This document shows, in pieces, positions 15,898-25,505 of a DNA stretch of 64,000 nt. The notes under the pieces were generated by a model, which worked only from the letters and a program-made list of their open reading frames with translations, was not told the DNA's origin and made no database searches. The first letter of the stretch is position 1. The number at the start of each line of letters is the position of its first letter. Source of the stretch: Candidatus Woesearchaeota archaeon (GTDB lineage: Archaea; Nanobdellota; Nanobdellia; Woesearchaeales; JACJVW01); contig JACJVW010000002.1 in assembly GCA_020637435.1 (NCBI GenBank), positions 75,715 through 139,714 on the forward strand, written 5' to 3'. The translations under genes were made by a program, and so were the position numbers.

Positions 15898-17766
15898 ATG
15901 GGAAAAATCCGAGAACTCGAACCTGATCTTATCAACAAGATTGCAGCTGGCGAAGTAGTGGAAAGGCCGGCATCCATCATCAAAGAGACAATAGAGAACG
16001 CTATTGACGCCGGAGCTGATACCATCACTATCGAAGTGCATCAGGCTGGTAAAGAACTTATCCGCATTATCGACAACGGGCAGGGGATGGACGAAGAAGA
16101 CGCAATGCTTTCCATCAAAAGCCATGCGACAAGTAAGATACATGATATTGACGACCTTTTTTCCGTTCGTACTCTCGGATTTAGGGGAGAAGCTCTCGCC
16201 AGTATCGCAGCCGTTTCTCATATGGTGCTTACCACAAAGACTGAAGATATGGAGAGCGGTATAGAAGTGGAGATTGAAGCTGGTCGCATCATAGGAACTA
16301 AACGCGTGCCTGCTCGAACAGGTACAAGTATCATCATCACAGACCTCTTCTTCAACACACCTGCACGAAAGAAGCACCTCAAGTCCGACCAGACAGAACT
16401 AGGTCACATCAGCGACATCGTAACCCGCTATGCACTTAGTGATACTAATCTATCCATACACCTCATCTGCGATGGTAAGGACAGCATCAACTGTCCGGGC
16501 TCTCCAAATCTGCTCAACAAAATTGTCTACCTCTACGGAAAAGACACTGCTCGCCAGATGATACCTATTGAACACACAACAGACTTCCTTACTCTTAAAG
16601 GCCTCACAGGTAAACCATATCTGACTAAGTCAGACAGAAGCTACCAATCATTGTTCGTCAACGGCAGGTATGTAAAGAATCAGACCATCAGCAATGCCAT
16701 CTATGACGCGTACCATACACTACTATTCCTTGACAGAAACCCTGTCTGCGTACTCTTCATAGAGATCGATTTCTCAAAAACAGATGTGAATGTGCATCCG
16801 CAAAAAGAGATTATCCGCATCGAGAATGAAGATAGGCTCTACAAAGATGTCTTCGAAGCGATGCGTGCCTGTTTTCGGGCAAGCAGCCTCATACCAGATG
16901 TTGAGCTCGGGGACATCCCGACAAACGCGAAAGCGACAAAGATCTACTCAATACCGAAACTTGAGCAGACCACGCTCCTTAAAGAGACGGCGACATCTTT
17001 TTCCGACCATCATACCGCTGATGTCGATCCTGAGGTTACCGACGCCCGGGCAAGATTAGCCAACCATATGGACGTACCTCTCATGCCACCTACTCAAGTT
17101 AAGCATGCATGGCATGCGACTCCCTCAGTGGAGATCGATGAGAAGAGCGAATACACCCAACCAACAAATAGGGTGCAAGATACACTTGGTCTTGGAACCC
17201 ACCGGGTACTTGGCCAGATGAACAAGCTCTACATCATTATCGAAAGCGAGAAAGGGCTTACCATCATCGACCAGCACGCTGCGGAGGAAAGAGTCTTCTT
17301 CGAAAAGTTCAAGTGCCAGCTTGAAGCAAAGAAAGTACCCAAACAATCCCTTCTCGTCCCCAAACTCATTGAACTCAGTTCGCAGGACGCATCATTCATC
17401 CGTGAGAACAACACACTGCTGCAGCAGATGGGCTATGAACTAGAGGAGATGGGACCCACCACATTTCGCATCGTCGAGATCCCAAAACTGATCGGCAGAT
17501 TCTACGACAACCTCATCCATGATGTCATAGCCGATATGCGAAAGGACCGCATCACCGCACTTGATGAATCCAATCACGACAAACTCGCGAGCATGGCATG
17601 CCGAAGAGCAATCAAAGCCGGTGATGAACTCACGCTTCCCCAGATGCAAGATCTCATCAAAGAGCTCAACAGATGCGAGAAGCCCTTCGGTTGCCCCCAC
17701 GGACGGCCAACGGTCATCAACATACCTTTCGCGGAGCTCGAGCGTAAATTCAAACGAGTGCATTAA
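15898..17766 (+). CDS. mutL: DNA mismatch repair endonuclease MutL
   Basis: GHKL ATPase N-terminus (IAAGEVVERPASIIKE..ENAIDAG). The endonuclease motif is DQHAAEERVFFE and the C-terminus carries CPHGRP. It starts 2 nt after the mutS stop. Confidence 0.95.
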   Translation: MGKIRELEPDLINKIAAGEVVERPASIIKETIENAIDAGADTITIEVHQAGKELIRIIDNGQGMDEEDAMLSIKSHATSKIHDIDDLFSVRTLGFRGEALASIAAVSHMVLTTKTEDMESGIEVEIEAGRIIGTKRVPARTGTSIIITDLFFNTPARKKHLKSDQTELGHISDIVTRYALSDTNLSIHLICDGKDSINCPGSPNLLNKIVYLYGKDTARQMIPIEHTTDFLTLKGLTGKPYLTKSDRSYQSLFVNGRYVKNQTISNAIYDAYHTLLFLDRNPVCVLFIEIDFSKTDVNVHPQKEIIRIENEDRLYKDVFEAMRACFRASSLIPDVELGDIPTNAKATKIYSIPKLEQTTLLKETATSFSDHHTADVDPEVTDARARLANHMDVPLMPPTQVKHAWHATPSVEIDEKSEYTQPTNRVQDTLGLGTHRVLGQMNKLYIIIESEKGLTIIDQHAAEERVFFEKFKCQLEAKKVPKQSLLVPKLIELSSQDASFIRENNTLLQQMGYELEEMGPTTFRIVEIPKLIGRFYDNLIHDVIADMRKDRITALDESNHDKLASMACRRAIKAGDELTLPQMQDLIKELNRCEKPFGCPHGRPTVINIPFAELERKFKRVH

Positions 17767-17815
17767 CTTTATTTCTTTGAATTGCTTTATAAACTGAAAT
17801 TCATTCCCCGTTCGT

Positions 17816-18385
17816 ATGTCTCTTGAGGATAAGTTTTACCCGGATGATGGAACCCTTCTTACAAAATTCGATAATATGATGATTAAGGGTGCCGCTCGGA
17901 TTGGAGACTGGTACCAGAGTCTGACCGGTAAATCTTACAAAGAGCTCACAAACAAGAGCTACAGGATTTCAAGTCGTATCCAGACATTCTGCATATACCT
18001 GGGTCATCCGGAGTCCTATGTATTGAGGAACATTACCAAAAGTTTCATCGACGCAAACGATTTTAAGACTCCGCTTGAGGAACAGATTGAGCTTGAGGCA
18101 AATGACTTGCCAAAAAATTCAAATCAGTTTGGAAGAACTGCTCTTACTGGTGTTTCAATAGGTCTTGGATTTACCATGGTCCCGGTATTCGCGGCTGCTT
18201 TTCGTGATCCTGATTTTTTGAATCTGTATTTCTCAACCTATTCTCCCGTAGCTTTGGCAATTGCGGTCCAGCAATTTGGACTGTACCTTTCAAGAGCACA
18301 TCTACCCCCTCCAAAAATAAAGACAGAAGTCAAAGTACCGATTCAGTTTGAATCTTATGACCCTATGAATCCTAGATGGTTTTGA
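17816..18385 (+). CDS. Hypothetical membrane protein
   Basis: 189-aa ORF with two hydrophobic segments (TALTGVSIGLGFTMVPVFAAAF; PVALAIAVQQFGLYL). I recognised no family. Confidence 0.4.
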   Translation: MSLEDKFYPDDGTLLTKFDNMMIKGAARIGDWYQSLTGKSYKELTNKSYRISSRIQTFCIYLGHPESYVLRNITKSFIDANDFKTPLEEQIELEANDLPKNSNQFGRTALTGVSIGLGFTMVPVFAAAFRDPDFLNLYFSTYSPVALAIAVQQFGLYLSRAHLPPPKIKTEVKVPIQFESYDPMNPRWF

Positions 18386-18430
18386 ACAGATTTATAAGTA
18401 CTATATGCATGCTTACACAAAGGTGGAACA

Positions 18431-18796
18431 ATGGAACAGCAACATCAAGATATCAAGATGCCCCCAGGCATCAAACCTATATATGCGGACGAGTGCAATG
18501 TCAATGCCAATATTAAGATAAACATCGAAAAGACGCCGGAGGGACACGAAAAGATCCGCAAAGCGGGCAAAGTGGATATGCTCTTCCTTGATCAGTTCAC
18601 AAGGTCTATTCTCGCAAGAGTCGTCATAGACCCTTACACTGCGAAGGTCTTTGGAAAGATCCTGCTTGAGAACGCTGACAGGCTTATCAATGAGATTGAA
18701 AATCCTCACATCCCCGAGGAAGTCCGACAGCAGATTAAGGACCGTGAGGAAGCGGCCACCCGATCAAATCAGCCCGTCAATACCTACATCGGCTGA
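18431..18796 (+). CDS. DUF3467-like small protein
   Basis: 121 aa. The IYADECNVNAN ... VDMLFLDQ ... ARVVIDPYTAKVFGKILLENADRL layout resembles DUF3467 as I recall it. I prefer it over the antisense ORF at 18413-18709. Confidence 0.45.
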   Translation: MEQQHQDIKMPPGIKPIYADECNVNANIKINIEKTPEGHEKIRKAGKVDMLFLDQFTRSILARVVIDPYTAKVFGKILLENADRLINEIENPHIPEEVRQQIKDREEAATRSNQPVNTYIG

Positions 18797-19059
18797 TAAG
18801 GGCCAAACGCCTTTTTCCCAGTAAGATAGTCACTCGCATATAACGTATCCTTACCGCAAGTAAGACTATTTGTATGGTGTACATTGTACTGATGCAAGGA
18901 CCCATTTTCTCTTTTGCATGTCACATGTATTCGCGTAGCATGGTAGGGTTGTACAGAAACGATGCTCTCAAGCGGACTTCTCATATATTCAGGCGGACCC
19001 CAATCAAAATTTGACGCAGCCGCAAGAGCGATTACAGACGCTGTCAACACTATCTTCAT
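18784..19059 (-). CDS. Small secreted protein (hypothetical)
   Basis: 91 aa with the signal peptide MKIVLTASVIALAAAS. Its 3' end overlaps the convergent 18431-18796 gene by 13 nt. Confidence 0.4.
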   Translation of the reverse strand: MKIVLTASVIALAAASNFDWGPPEYMRSPLESIVSVQPYHATRIHVTCKRENGSLHQYNVHHTNSLTCGKDTLYASDYLTGKKAFGPYQPM

Positions 19060-19107
19060 TATAAAGCTCCAAGGTGAGCTGCCTTTATAAGCCTGTGCCG
19101 TAAGCTA

Positions 19108-19425
19108 ATGTACGACAGCAGATTTAAATACTCCCTTCTCACCAGTGCATCTATGGTAAAAGAATATCTTGCTGAAGTGGAGATCGACGGGAAGACCAGA
19201 TTCTGGCAATTAAAGGTCGGATTCAGCGTCCTTGGTGGTATCGGACAATCCCAATTATTGGCAGATGGAGTAGTCACTGAGCTTTTCGGAGGTAGAACAC
19301 CTGATGATGCTCTAAACCACAAACCTGCCAGAGGGCAACAAATACATGATATACACTATGTCAACATAAACAAAAAAGTGGTCAAAATTCTCTCCCTGTA
19401 CGAAAAGAAGTGGAAATTCCACTGA
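19108..19425 (+). CDS. Hypothetical protein
   Basis: 105-aa ORF with no recognised motif. Confidence 0.3.
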   Translation: MYDSRFKYSLLTSASMVKEYLAEVEIDGKTRFWQLKVGFSVLGGIGQSQLLADGVVTELFGGRTPDDALNHKPARGQQIHDIHYVNINKKVVKILSLYEKKWKFH

Positions 19426-19496
19426 TTTACCTCTTCTTACCTTCATTGCACACAAAGATTTTTTAAACAAGATACTATTGCAGTTCTTTATAAACC

Positions 19497-22400
19497 ATGG
19501 TAGGCAATTACAATTTTAAAGAGATCGAGCCAGAGATGCTCAGATTCTGGGATGAAAACAAGATATACCAGAAAATAAAGGACCGAAACAAAGGAAAGAA
19601 AAAATTCAATTACCTTGACGGACCGCCGTATACCTCAGGAAGGATCCATCTCGGCCACGCATGGGGCAAAGCCCTTCGCGATGCAGCTATGCGCTACAAG
19701 CGCATGCAGGGCTTCGATGTATGGGACAGAGCTGGCTTTGATATGCACGGACTGCCTACCGAGAACAAGGTCTGCGCAAAATTCAATTTCACACATAAAG
19801 ATCAGATAGAAGAGTTTGGCGTTGAAAAGTTCAACGAAGAGTGCCGAAAATTCTGCATAGAAAATATGGAACTTATGATCAAGGACTTCCACCGCATAGG
19901 AGTGTGGATGGACTTCGATAACCCGTATAGACCAATCACCCCCGAGTTTATCGCGGGTGAATGGTTCCTTGTAAAACGGGCATTTGAACAAGACCGTCTG
20001 TATGAAGGCCATAAAGTCATGACTTGGTGCAGGGACTGCGCAACATCACTTTCAAAGCACGAACTTGAGTACAAAGAAGTTACGGACACCTCCATCTTCG
20101 TTAAATTCAAAGTCAAAGGAAAGGACAACGAGCATCTCGTCATCTGGACCACGACACCGTGGACTATTCCGTTCAATCTTGCCGTCATGGTCAACCCTGA
20201 CCTGGATTACGTCCGCATCAAGACCGAAGGCGAGACTTGGATTCTCGCAAAAGCGATCCTTGGCCCTTTCATGGGAAGCGTAGCTGGTAAAGATTTCGAG
20301 ATAGTCGAGGAGTTTAAGGGCGAAACTCTCGAAGGAATTCATTATGAGCATATCTTCCATAACGAATCCGATGTCTACGAAAAGATTGCGAAGAAATTCC
20401 CAAAAGCATTCTCTGTCCTTATGTCAACTGAATATGTAGACACAACAGCCGGTTCAGGTCTCGTACATTGCGCACCGGGATGCGGTCCTGAAGACTATGA
20501 AGTTGGCCGCCAAAATGGACTTGAAGCATTCAACGAGATAGATGAATACGGCGTCTTCAGTGACGTGATGAAAAAATTCGCTGGACTTACCGCAAAGAAA
20601 GATGACAAGCTCTTCATCCAACATATCGAGAACACCGGACAGCTTATCGCCAAAACTCCGGTTGAGCACGATTACGCACACTGCTGGAGATGCAAACAGC
20701 CGGTAGTGTTCAGGGCGACCGAACAATGGTTCTTCAAAGTAGAAGACCTCAAAGACAAGATGGTCGAGTTCAACAAGGACATAAAATGGGTGCCTGAAGC
20801 CGCATTCAACGCTTTCGAATCCTGGCTCAAGAACATTAAAGACAACGGTATCACGCGCCAGCGTTACTGGGGAACTCCAGCCCCTATCTGGCAGTGCACA
20901 TCGAAAAAATGTAAGCACATCGAAGTCATCGGTTCGATCGATGAGCTCAAATCAAAGACAGAATATGTCCCTGAAGATCTGCATAAACCCTTCATTGACC
21001 AAGTTATGTGGAAATGCGAGAAATGCAAGCATGAGATGAAACGTGTTCCTGATGTGCTGGACGTTTGGATTGACGCAGGATGCGCAAGCTGGCTCTGCTA
21101 CGACTATCCTCAACAAAAAGATCTCTTTGAGAAGTGGTTCCCCGCAGACCTCATCCTTGAAGGAAAAGACCAGATAAGAGGTTGGTTTAACCTGCTTATG
21201 GTTGCATCAGTGCTTGCTTTTGATAAACCCTCCTTCAAGAACGTCTACATGAACGGGTTCATCAATGACTATCGAGGCATGAAAATGTCCAAGTCTCTTG
21301 GCAATGTCACCAGTCCGTACGAAGTTATAGACGAATTCGGAGCCGATACACTCAGGTACTATTGCATAGGTGCAGCACGAGCAGGCCAGGATATGAACTA
21401 CAATCCTGAAGACACTAAAGTAAGACTTCGAAATCTACTCATTCTTTGGAATATGCACAACCTCCTTATCGATACCGTCGAGAACACAGGTATAAAACCG
21501 GGCATTCCGGACCAGAAGAAGATGGGCATCGAAGAGGCGTACATCATCTCAAGGCTGCAGACGACAATCAAAGACGTCACGCAGATGTTTGATGCCTTCA
21601 GACTTGATGAGATACCTGATGAGATAGAATCCTTCTATCTTGATCTCTCAAGAAATTACATCCAGTATGTTCGTGACAAGCTTGCCTTGGGTACCGATGA
21701 AGAAAAACAGATGGTCGTTGATATAATCTCCTATAGTATGATTCAGACGCTTACCATGTTCGCTCCTATTGCTCCATTTGTAACAGAGCAGATGTACCAA
21801 AATTTGAAAGGACCTCTTGGCATGAGCGATGAGAGCATCCATATGATGGGATGGCCTGACCTTGAAGCGTCCTACATCAACAAAGACCTTGAGTACCACA
21901 TGGACCTTGGTTCAAAGATTATCCAGACTGTCCTTCGGGCCCGTGAAAAAGCGCAGATAGGCGTACGTTGGCCGGTCAGCGAAATACTCATAGAATCGCT
22001 TGAATGGAAAGAAGTTATCGACGATATCGGCGACCTGATAAAGAATCAGGTGAACTGCAAGAAGATCAGCATCATTGAAAAATTCGACAAAGTTGAGTTT
22101 AGTGTAGGTCCAAATTTTAAGCTCCTTGGCAAGGATTTTGGACAGAATACAGCTAAAGTCGCAGAAGCGCTAAAAGAGATCGATGCGAACGAACTTGTTG
22201 ATACCTTAAACAAAGAAGGCAGTGCGGTCCTACAGATAGGTGATGAAGAGTTCACAATCAACAAGGACCATGTCGAGATAGGCAAGACAGTACCTAAAGG
22301 TTTTGAGGTCGAAGACTTAAAAGAGGTAAGCATCTACCTTAACACCGAACGCACAGAAGAACTTCTTGCAGAAGGTTTCGCCCGTGAGGTCATGCGACGT

Positions 22401-22619
22401 ATCCAAAGCGCAAGGAAAGATGCCGGCCTCAAGAGGTCCGATGCCATCGACCTTGAGCTCGTGACTGATGATGCTGAGTTGCACAGGTACATCGAAATGT
22501 GGAAAGGTGCCATCTCACAAAAAGTTGGAGCCAAATCCTGTAAGGTGCACAGGTCTTCTGAGCACAAAGCCAAAACAGCAGAGAAGATAAAAGGTAAAAA
22601 ACTCGGTATCTCTTTCTAG
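19497..22619 (+). CDS. ileS: Isoleucyl-tRNA synthetase
   Basis: 1040 aa. It has a HIGH-type motif (PPYTSGRIHLGHAWGK), KMSKS (GMKMSKSLGN) and a CP1 editing domain (WTTTPWTIP). A T-run terminator follows. Confidence 0.95.
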   Translation: MVGNYNFKEIEPEMLRFWDENKIYQKIKDRNKGKKKFNYLDGPPYTSGRIHLGHAWGKALRDAAMRYKRMQGFDVWDRAGFDMHGLPTENKVCAKFNFTHKDQIEEFGVEKFNEECRKFCIENMELMIKDFHRIGVWMDFDNPYRPITPEFIAGEWFLVKRAFEQDRLYEGHKVMTWCRDCATSLSKHELEYKEVTDTSIFVKFKVKGKDNEHLVIWTTTPWTIPFNLAVMVNPDLDYVRIKTEGETWILAKAILGPFMGSVAGKDFEIVEEFKGETLEGIHYEHIFHNESDVYEKIAKKFPKAFSVLMSTEYVDTTAGSGLVHCAPGCGPEDYEVGRQNGLEAFNEIDEYGVFSDVMKKFAGLTAKKDDKLFIQHIENTGQLIAKTPVEHDYAHCWRCKQPVVFRATEQWFFKVEDLKDKMVEFNKDIKWVPEAAFNAFESWLKNIKDNGITRQRYWGTPAPIWQCTSKKCKHIEVIGSIDELKSKTEYVPEDLHKPFIDQVMWKCEKCKHEMKRVPDVLDVWIDAGCASWLCYDYPQQKDLFEKWFPADLILEGKDQIRGWFNLLMVASVLAFDKPSFKNVYMNGFINDYRGMKMSKSLGNVTSPYEVIDEFGADTLRYYCIGAARAGQDMNYNPEDTKVRLRNLLILWNMHNLLIDTVENTGIKPGIPDQKKMGIEEAYIISRLQTTIKDVTQMFDAFRLDEIPDEIESFYLDLSRNYIQYVRDKLALGTDEEKQMVVDIISYSMIQTLTMFAPIAPFVTEQMYQNLKGPLGMSDESIHMMGWPDLEASYINKDLEYHMDLGSKIIQTVLRAREKAQIGVRWPVSEILIESLEWKEVIDDIGDLIKNQVNCKKISIIEKFDKVEFSVGPNFKLLGKDFGQNTAKVAEALKEIDANELVDTLNKEGSAVLQIGDEEFTINKDHVEIGKTVPKGFEVEDLKEVSIYLNTERTEELLAEGFAREVMRRIQSARKDAGLKRSDAIDLELVTDDAELHRYIEMWKGAISQKVGAKSCKVHRSSEHKAKTAEKIKGKKLGISF

Positions 22620-22621
22620 GC

Positions 22622-22633
22622 TCTTTTTTATTT
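22622..22633 (+). terminator. Oligo-T terminator candidate after ileS
   Basis: TCTTTTTTATTT lies immediately after the ileS stop codon. Archaeal RNA polymerase terminates at oligo-T tracts. Confidence 0.35.
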
Positions 22634-22669
22634 CATTCTGCTTTGAATGTTGTTTATTTTAAATCCAAA

Positions 22670-22683
22670 TTGTTTATAAACAA
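22670..22683 (+). promoter_or_regulatory. Palindromic TATA element
   Basis: TTGTTTATAAACAA is a perfect 14-nt palindrome. Its TTTATAAA starts 30 nt upstream of the ATG at 22703. Confidence 0.4.
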
Positions 22684-22702
22684 GCTCTTTCGAAAAATTC
22701 TG

Positions 22703-22921
22703 ATGGGACGACCACTAACAGCTATAGTATTGAGCCTTCCTTTAATGGGAAGCATAGGAAACGCAGTTGACATCACTTACGAAGCGCAAAGACATACGCA
22801 CACAGATCCTTACATGAATAATTACCGTAACGATTTCTTCGAACACGGACTTATCCCCTTCTACACCCTGGTGCAGAATCGCGTATATGACGCTTACAGA
22901 CCAGACTTTGACTGTCTTTAG
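22703..22921 (+). CDS. Small hypothetical protein
   Basis: I chose the ATG at 22703 (MGRPLTAIVLSL...) because the TTTATAAA within the palindrome TTGTTTATAAACAA (22670-22683) starts exactly 30 nt upstream. There is no homology support. Confidence 0.3.
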   Translation: MGRPLTAIVLSLPLMGSIGNAVDITYEAQRHTHTDPYMNNYRNDFFEHGLIPFYTLVQNRVYDAYRPDFDCL

Positions 22922-22960
22922 TCCAAAAATTAATATATACGCCGAGTTAAAAAGTTCGTC

Positions 22961-23284
22961 ATGGATACCATTACGCAAGAAAAGCTGGCAAAATATTTCG
23001 ACGTAACGGGAAGAGCTCTCGCTAAGATTAAGAACGGAAACGAACGTAAGCTGGATTGGCATAAAACAGCAGAAGACTTCAGGGACATGGCACAGCGTTA
23101 CTATGATGACGCCAAGTTCTTCGCATCCAAAGATGACAAGATAAACGCATTTGCGGCACTGAACTACGCTCATGGCTGGCTTGACGCCGGAGCCCGCATA
23201 GGTCTATTCGATGTTGGCTATGATTCTGTGCTATTTACAGTGGACAAAGAACATCTGGAGGGAAAAGATGCTGGATATAACTGA
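22961..23284 (+). CDS. DUF357 family archaeal protein
   Basis: DMAQRYYDDAKFFASKDDKINAFAALNYAHGWLDAGARIGLFDV matches the DUF357 core (YAHGWLDAG). Confidence 0.65.
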   Translation: MDTITQEKLAKYFDVTGRALAKIKNGNERKLDWHKTAEDFRDMAQRYYDDAKFFASKDDKINAFAALNYAHGWLDAGARIGLFDVGYDSVLFTVDKEHLEGKDAGYN

Positions 23285-24446
23285 TTATAGAGTAAAAGTA
23301 GACAAGGAGCTAAAAAATATCCCGATCCCTGCGTTCGAAGAACATGCGCCCGATATACCGCTCATGAAGCACATGGCTGAGCGGTTCGCTGATAAGAAGA
23401 ATATCATCGTCGTTGGTTACGGAGGATCCAACACAAGTTTTCTGACTCTTAATGAAGCGCTCTACGAAGGTGAGAAGCATGTCGAACTCCTCAATACCAC
23501 AGAGCCTGATGTGCTTCACAAGGTTCGAGAGACTTGCAGTCCACAAGACAGCGTTGTCATAGCAATCAGCAAATCCGGTACGACGATGGGTGTGCTTGAA
23601 ACCGTACTCTTCCTTAAAGACTATCCGACGATAGTCGTCACTGAACCCAATGGCAAAGCGCTCCATGAGTACGCAAAGCGTCTTAGTCTACCTATCGTTG
23701 AGCACCCCCCTGTAGGAGGAAGGTTCTCTGCAAGGACAGCTACCAGTTATCTGCCGGCCGCATTGCTCGGAATTGATATAGAAAAGGTGGAACGGGGATT
23801 CATTAAGGCTTATGAGCACTACGGACCCGATATCCTTGACATCACGAATCCTGCATATACAATGGCACAAAGACTCTATGAACTTGAGCTTCAGGGTAAG
23901 ACTGAACTCTACATACCTATCTATGTTCGCCGTCTCTACGGCCTCTCCACCCTTATCATCCAGCTCATGCATGAATCCGTCTGCAAAGCAGGTACAGGGC
24001 AGACCATCTATACGGCGCTTGCACCTGAAGCTCAGCATCATACCAACCAACGTCTCTTTGGAGGAAGGCAGAATCTTGCTACCTTGTTCCTTACTTTGCA
24101 GAAAACCAGGACCGATGAGACTCTGAACGTTCCGGAAGAGTTGAAGTCCATCATCCTCAAAGATGTCCACCTAAATGTCTTCCAGGGACTTCCCCTCTCG
24201 ACAGCCACCCATTTTGAGTTTCAGGGCACATGGGAAAACTCCTTGATGAAGAATATACCTTCAGCGCACATAGCGCTCCCTAAGCTGGACGAGGAGCATA
24301 TAGGAGAACTGATAGGATTCTTCCAGTACCTCGCGGTATACTCATCCTATCTGAGGGATGTTGATCCATTTGACCAACCCCATGTAGAAGATAGTAAAAA
24401 TATAACCTATGACCTTATCAAGGATTACTCTGATCCTTCAAAGTGA
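23268..24446 (+). CDS. pgi: Glucose-6-phosphate isomerase (short PGI/SIS type)
   Basis: VVGYGGSNTSF and AISKSGTTMGVLE are SIS-domain motifs. I chose the ATG at 23268, preceded by GGAGGG; it overlaps the DUF357 stop by 17 nt. Confidence 0.75.
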   Translation: MLDITDYRVKVDKELKNIPIPAFEEHAPDIPLMKHMAERFADKKNIIVVGYGGSNTSFLTLNEALYEGEKHVELLNTTEPDVLHKVRETCSPQDSVVIAISKSGTTMGVLETVLFLKDYPTIVVTEPNGKALHEYAKRLSLPIVEHPPVGGRFSARTATSYLPAALLGIDIEKVERGFIKAYEHYGPDILDITNPAYTMAQRLYELELQGKTELYIPIYVRRLYGLSTLIIQLMHESVCKAGTGQTIYTALAPEAQHHTNQRLFGGRQNLATLFLTLQKTRTDETLNVPEELKSIILKDVHLNVFQGLPLSTATHFEFQGTWENSLMKNIPSAHIALPKLDEEHIGELIGFFQYLAVYSSYLRDVDPFDQPHVEDSKNITYDLIKDYSDPSK

Positions 24447-24515
24447 ACAAGGCCTTTTTCATTCCTTTTAGAACTGAAAGCTCCGGTCATGTCGACCCAG
24501 CCTTCTTTTTTGTCT

Positions 24516-25061
24516 CTATTTAGCCACTGCTTTAGTTTTGAGATCATCTGCCAATTCCCCCTCTAGTTTCTCAATAAGCCCCTGTATATTCTCGATCGTC
24601 TTTGAATTGTCTTGTTGTGCAAGCAGGTTACCGCACTCAGGACATCTGAAATCTAGCGTGCTCGCCCTATCAAAATCAGCCCGGATGCACATGTTCGGAC
24701 AAAGAAAGAACAGATTCTCGTTCGCTGCCTCTTTGGTCAGTTTGTCCTTTAGCTGTTCGATCTTCTTTCGTTTAAGTTCTGTCACCAGCTGTTTGATCCT
24801 GTTGAGATTGAGCGTCCAATAAGAAATATACCATCCTTTTATCCTGTCCTTCTTTCGATGGTATGTAACGATATTGTGAGTGTACATACGATAAAGAATA
24901 TTTCTTGTACGGTTAACTTCCAGATCCAGAGCTTCTGCTATCTTAAATTCAGAGATGTTCTCTTTATCAAGGAGATACTCCATGACTGGCAGTACATCCT
25001 CCCCCACGACTTCTCTGACGACGTTATTTCGAACCTCTTTGGTCAATCTCATCGTACACAT
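24516..25061 (-). CDS. tfe: Transcription factor E (TFIIE-alpha homolog)
   Basis: N-terminal winged helix (ISEFKIAEALDLEVNRTRNILYRMY), then a zinc ribbon C-x3-C...C-x2-C (CPNMC...CPECG). Confidence 0.8.
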   Translation of the reverse strand: MCTMRLTKEVRNNVVREVVGEDVLPVMEYLLDKENISEFKIAEALDLEVNRTRNILYRMYTHNIVTYHRKKDRIKGWYISYWTLNLNRIKQLVTELKRKKIEQLKDKLTKEAANENLFFLCPNMCIRADFDRASTLDFRCPECGNLLAQQDNSKTIENIQGLIEKLEGELADDLKTKAVAK

Positions 25062-25100
25062 AGGCGAAACTCCGGATTCATTTATTAATCTTTGCTAAAA

Positions 25101-25120
25101 TCATCACTCATTAGTGATGA
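25101..25120. promoter_or_regulatory. Perfect 8-bp palindrome upstream of the tfe promoter
   Basis: TCATCACT-CATT-AGTGATGA, 40-59 nt upstream of the tfe ATG and just distal to the TTAATAAA TATA-like box (reverse complement of 25081-25088). Confidence 0.4.
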
Positions 25121-25431
25121 ACTTCAAATCCGATGTTTCGAGGCTATTGAATCATGCAAAGCTCATTAAAATACTTTTCCTATTCTACTTACCTAATCTA
25201 TAGTTTCTGAACTCCAATACACCCCTTTATTTTGCCTTTTAAAAGACTTTTGGATGTTCACCACGTAGGAGGCTACCAGTATACATATTTGTAAACCGGC
25301 TGCTGGAATGTACTGGTTATTTATAAAGAACCAAGGTAATCACATCTGTTTCCATACCAGCTCAACAATGCAGCATATCGGCTTGAGCGCTCCCGTAAAG
25401 TAATTTCGTAGGCCAAATACAAAAGAAAAGA

Positions 25432-25439
25432 TTTATATA
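25432..25439 (+). promoter_or_regulatory. TATA box candidate for the che operon
   Basis: TTTATATA preceded by a purine-rich AAAAGAAAAGA, about 70 nt upstream of the cheY TTG. AGGAGGTG Shine-Dalgarno at 25492-25499. Confidence 0.45.
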
Positions 25440-25505
25440 CCCCTCGAACTCCAACCAATCCATGTTGCAAAAGAGGACTCTGGCATTGACCAGGAGGTGG
25501 TATGA

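Noticed and set aside
15892-16377. 161-aa minus-strand ORF overlapping the start of mutL.
   Set aside because: It is antisense to the well-supported GHKL ATPase domain of MutL and is Cys-rich with no motif.
25101-25120. A C/D-box sRNA idea, because the palindrome contains GTGATGA (a C-box-like RUGAUGA) on both strands.
   Set aside because: No CUGA D box at the expected 45-65 nt spacing, no C'/D' pair and no terminal stem. The nearest CTGA is ~93 nt away.
25062-25505. A search for tRNA, SRP RNA or RNase P in this spacer and in 63026-63426, 34559-34747 and 4653-4829.
   Set aside because: No cloverleaf-compatible segments and no GGTTCGAATCC-type T-arm. I could recognise no conserved SRP or RNase P motifs by eye, though a covariance-model scan is still advisable.
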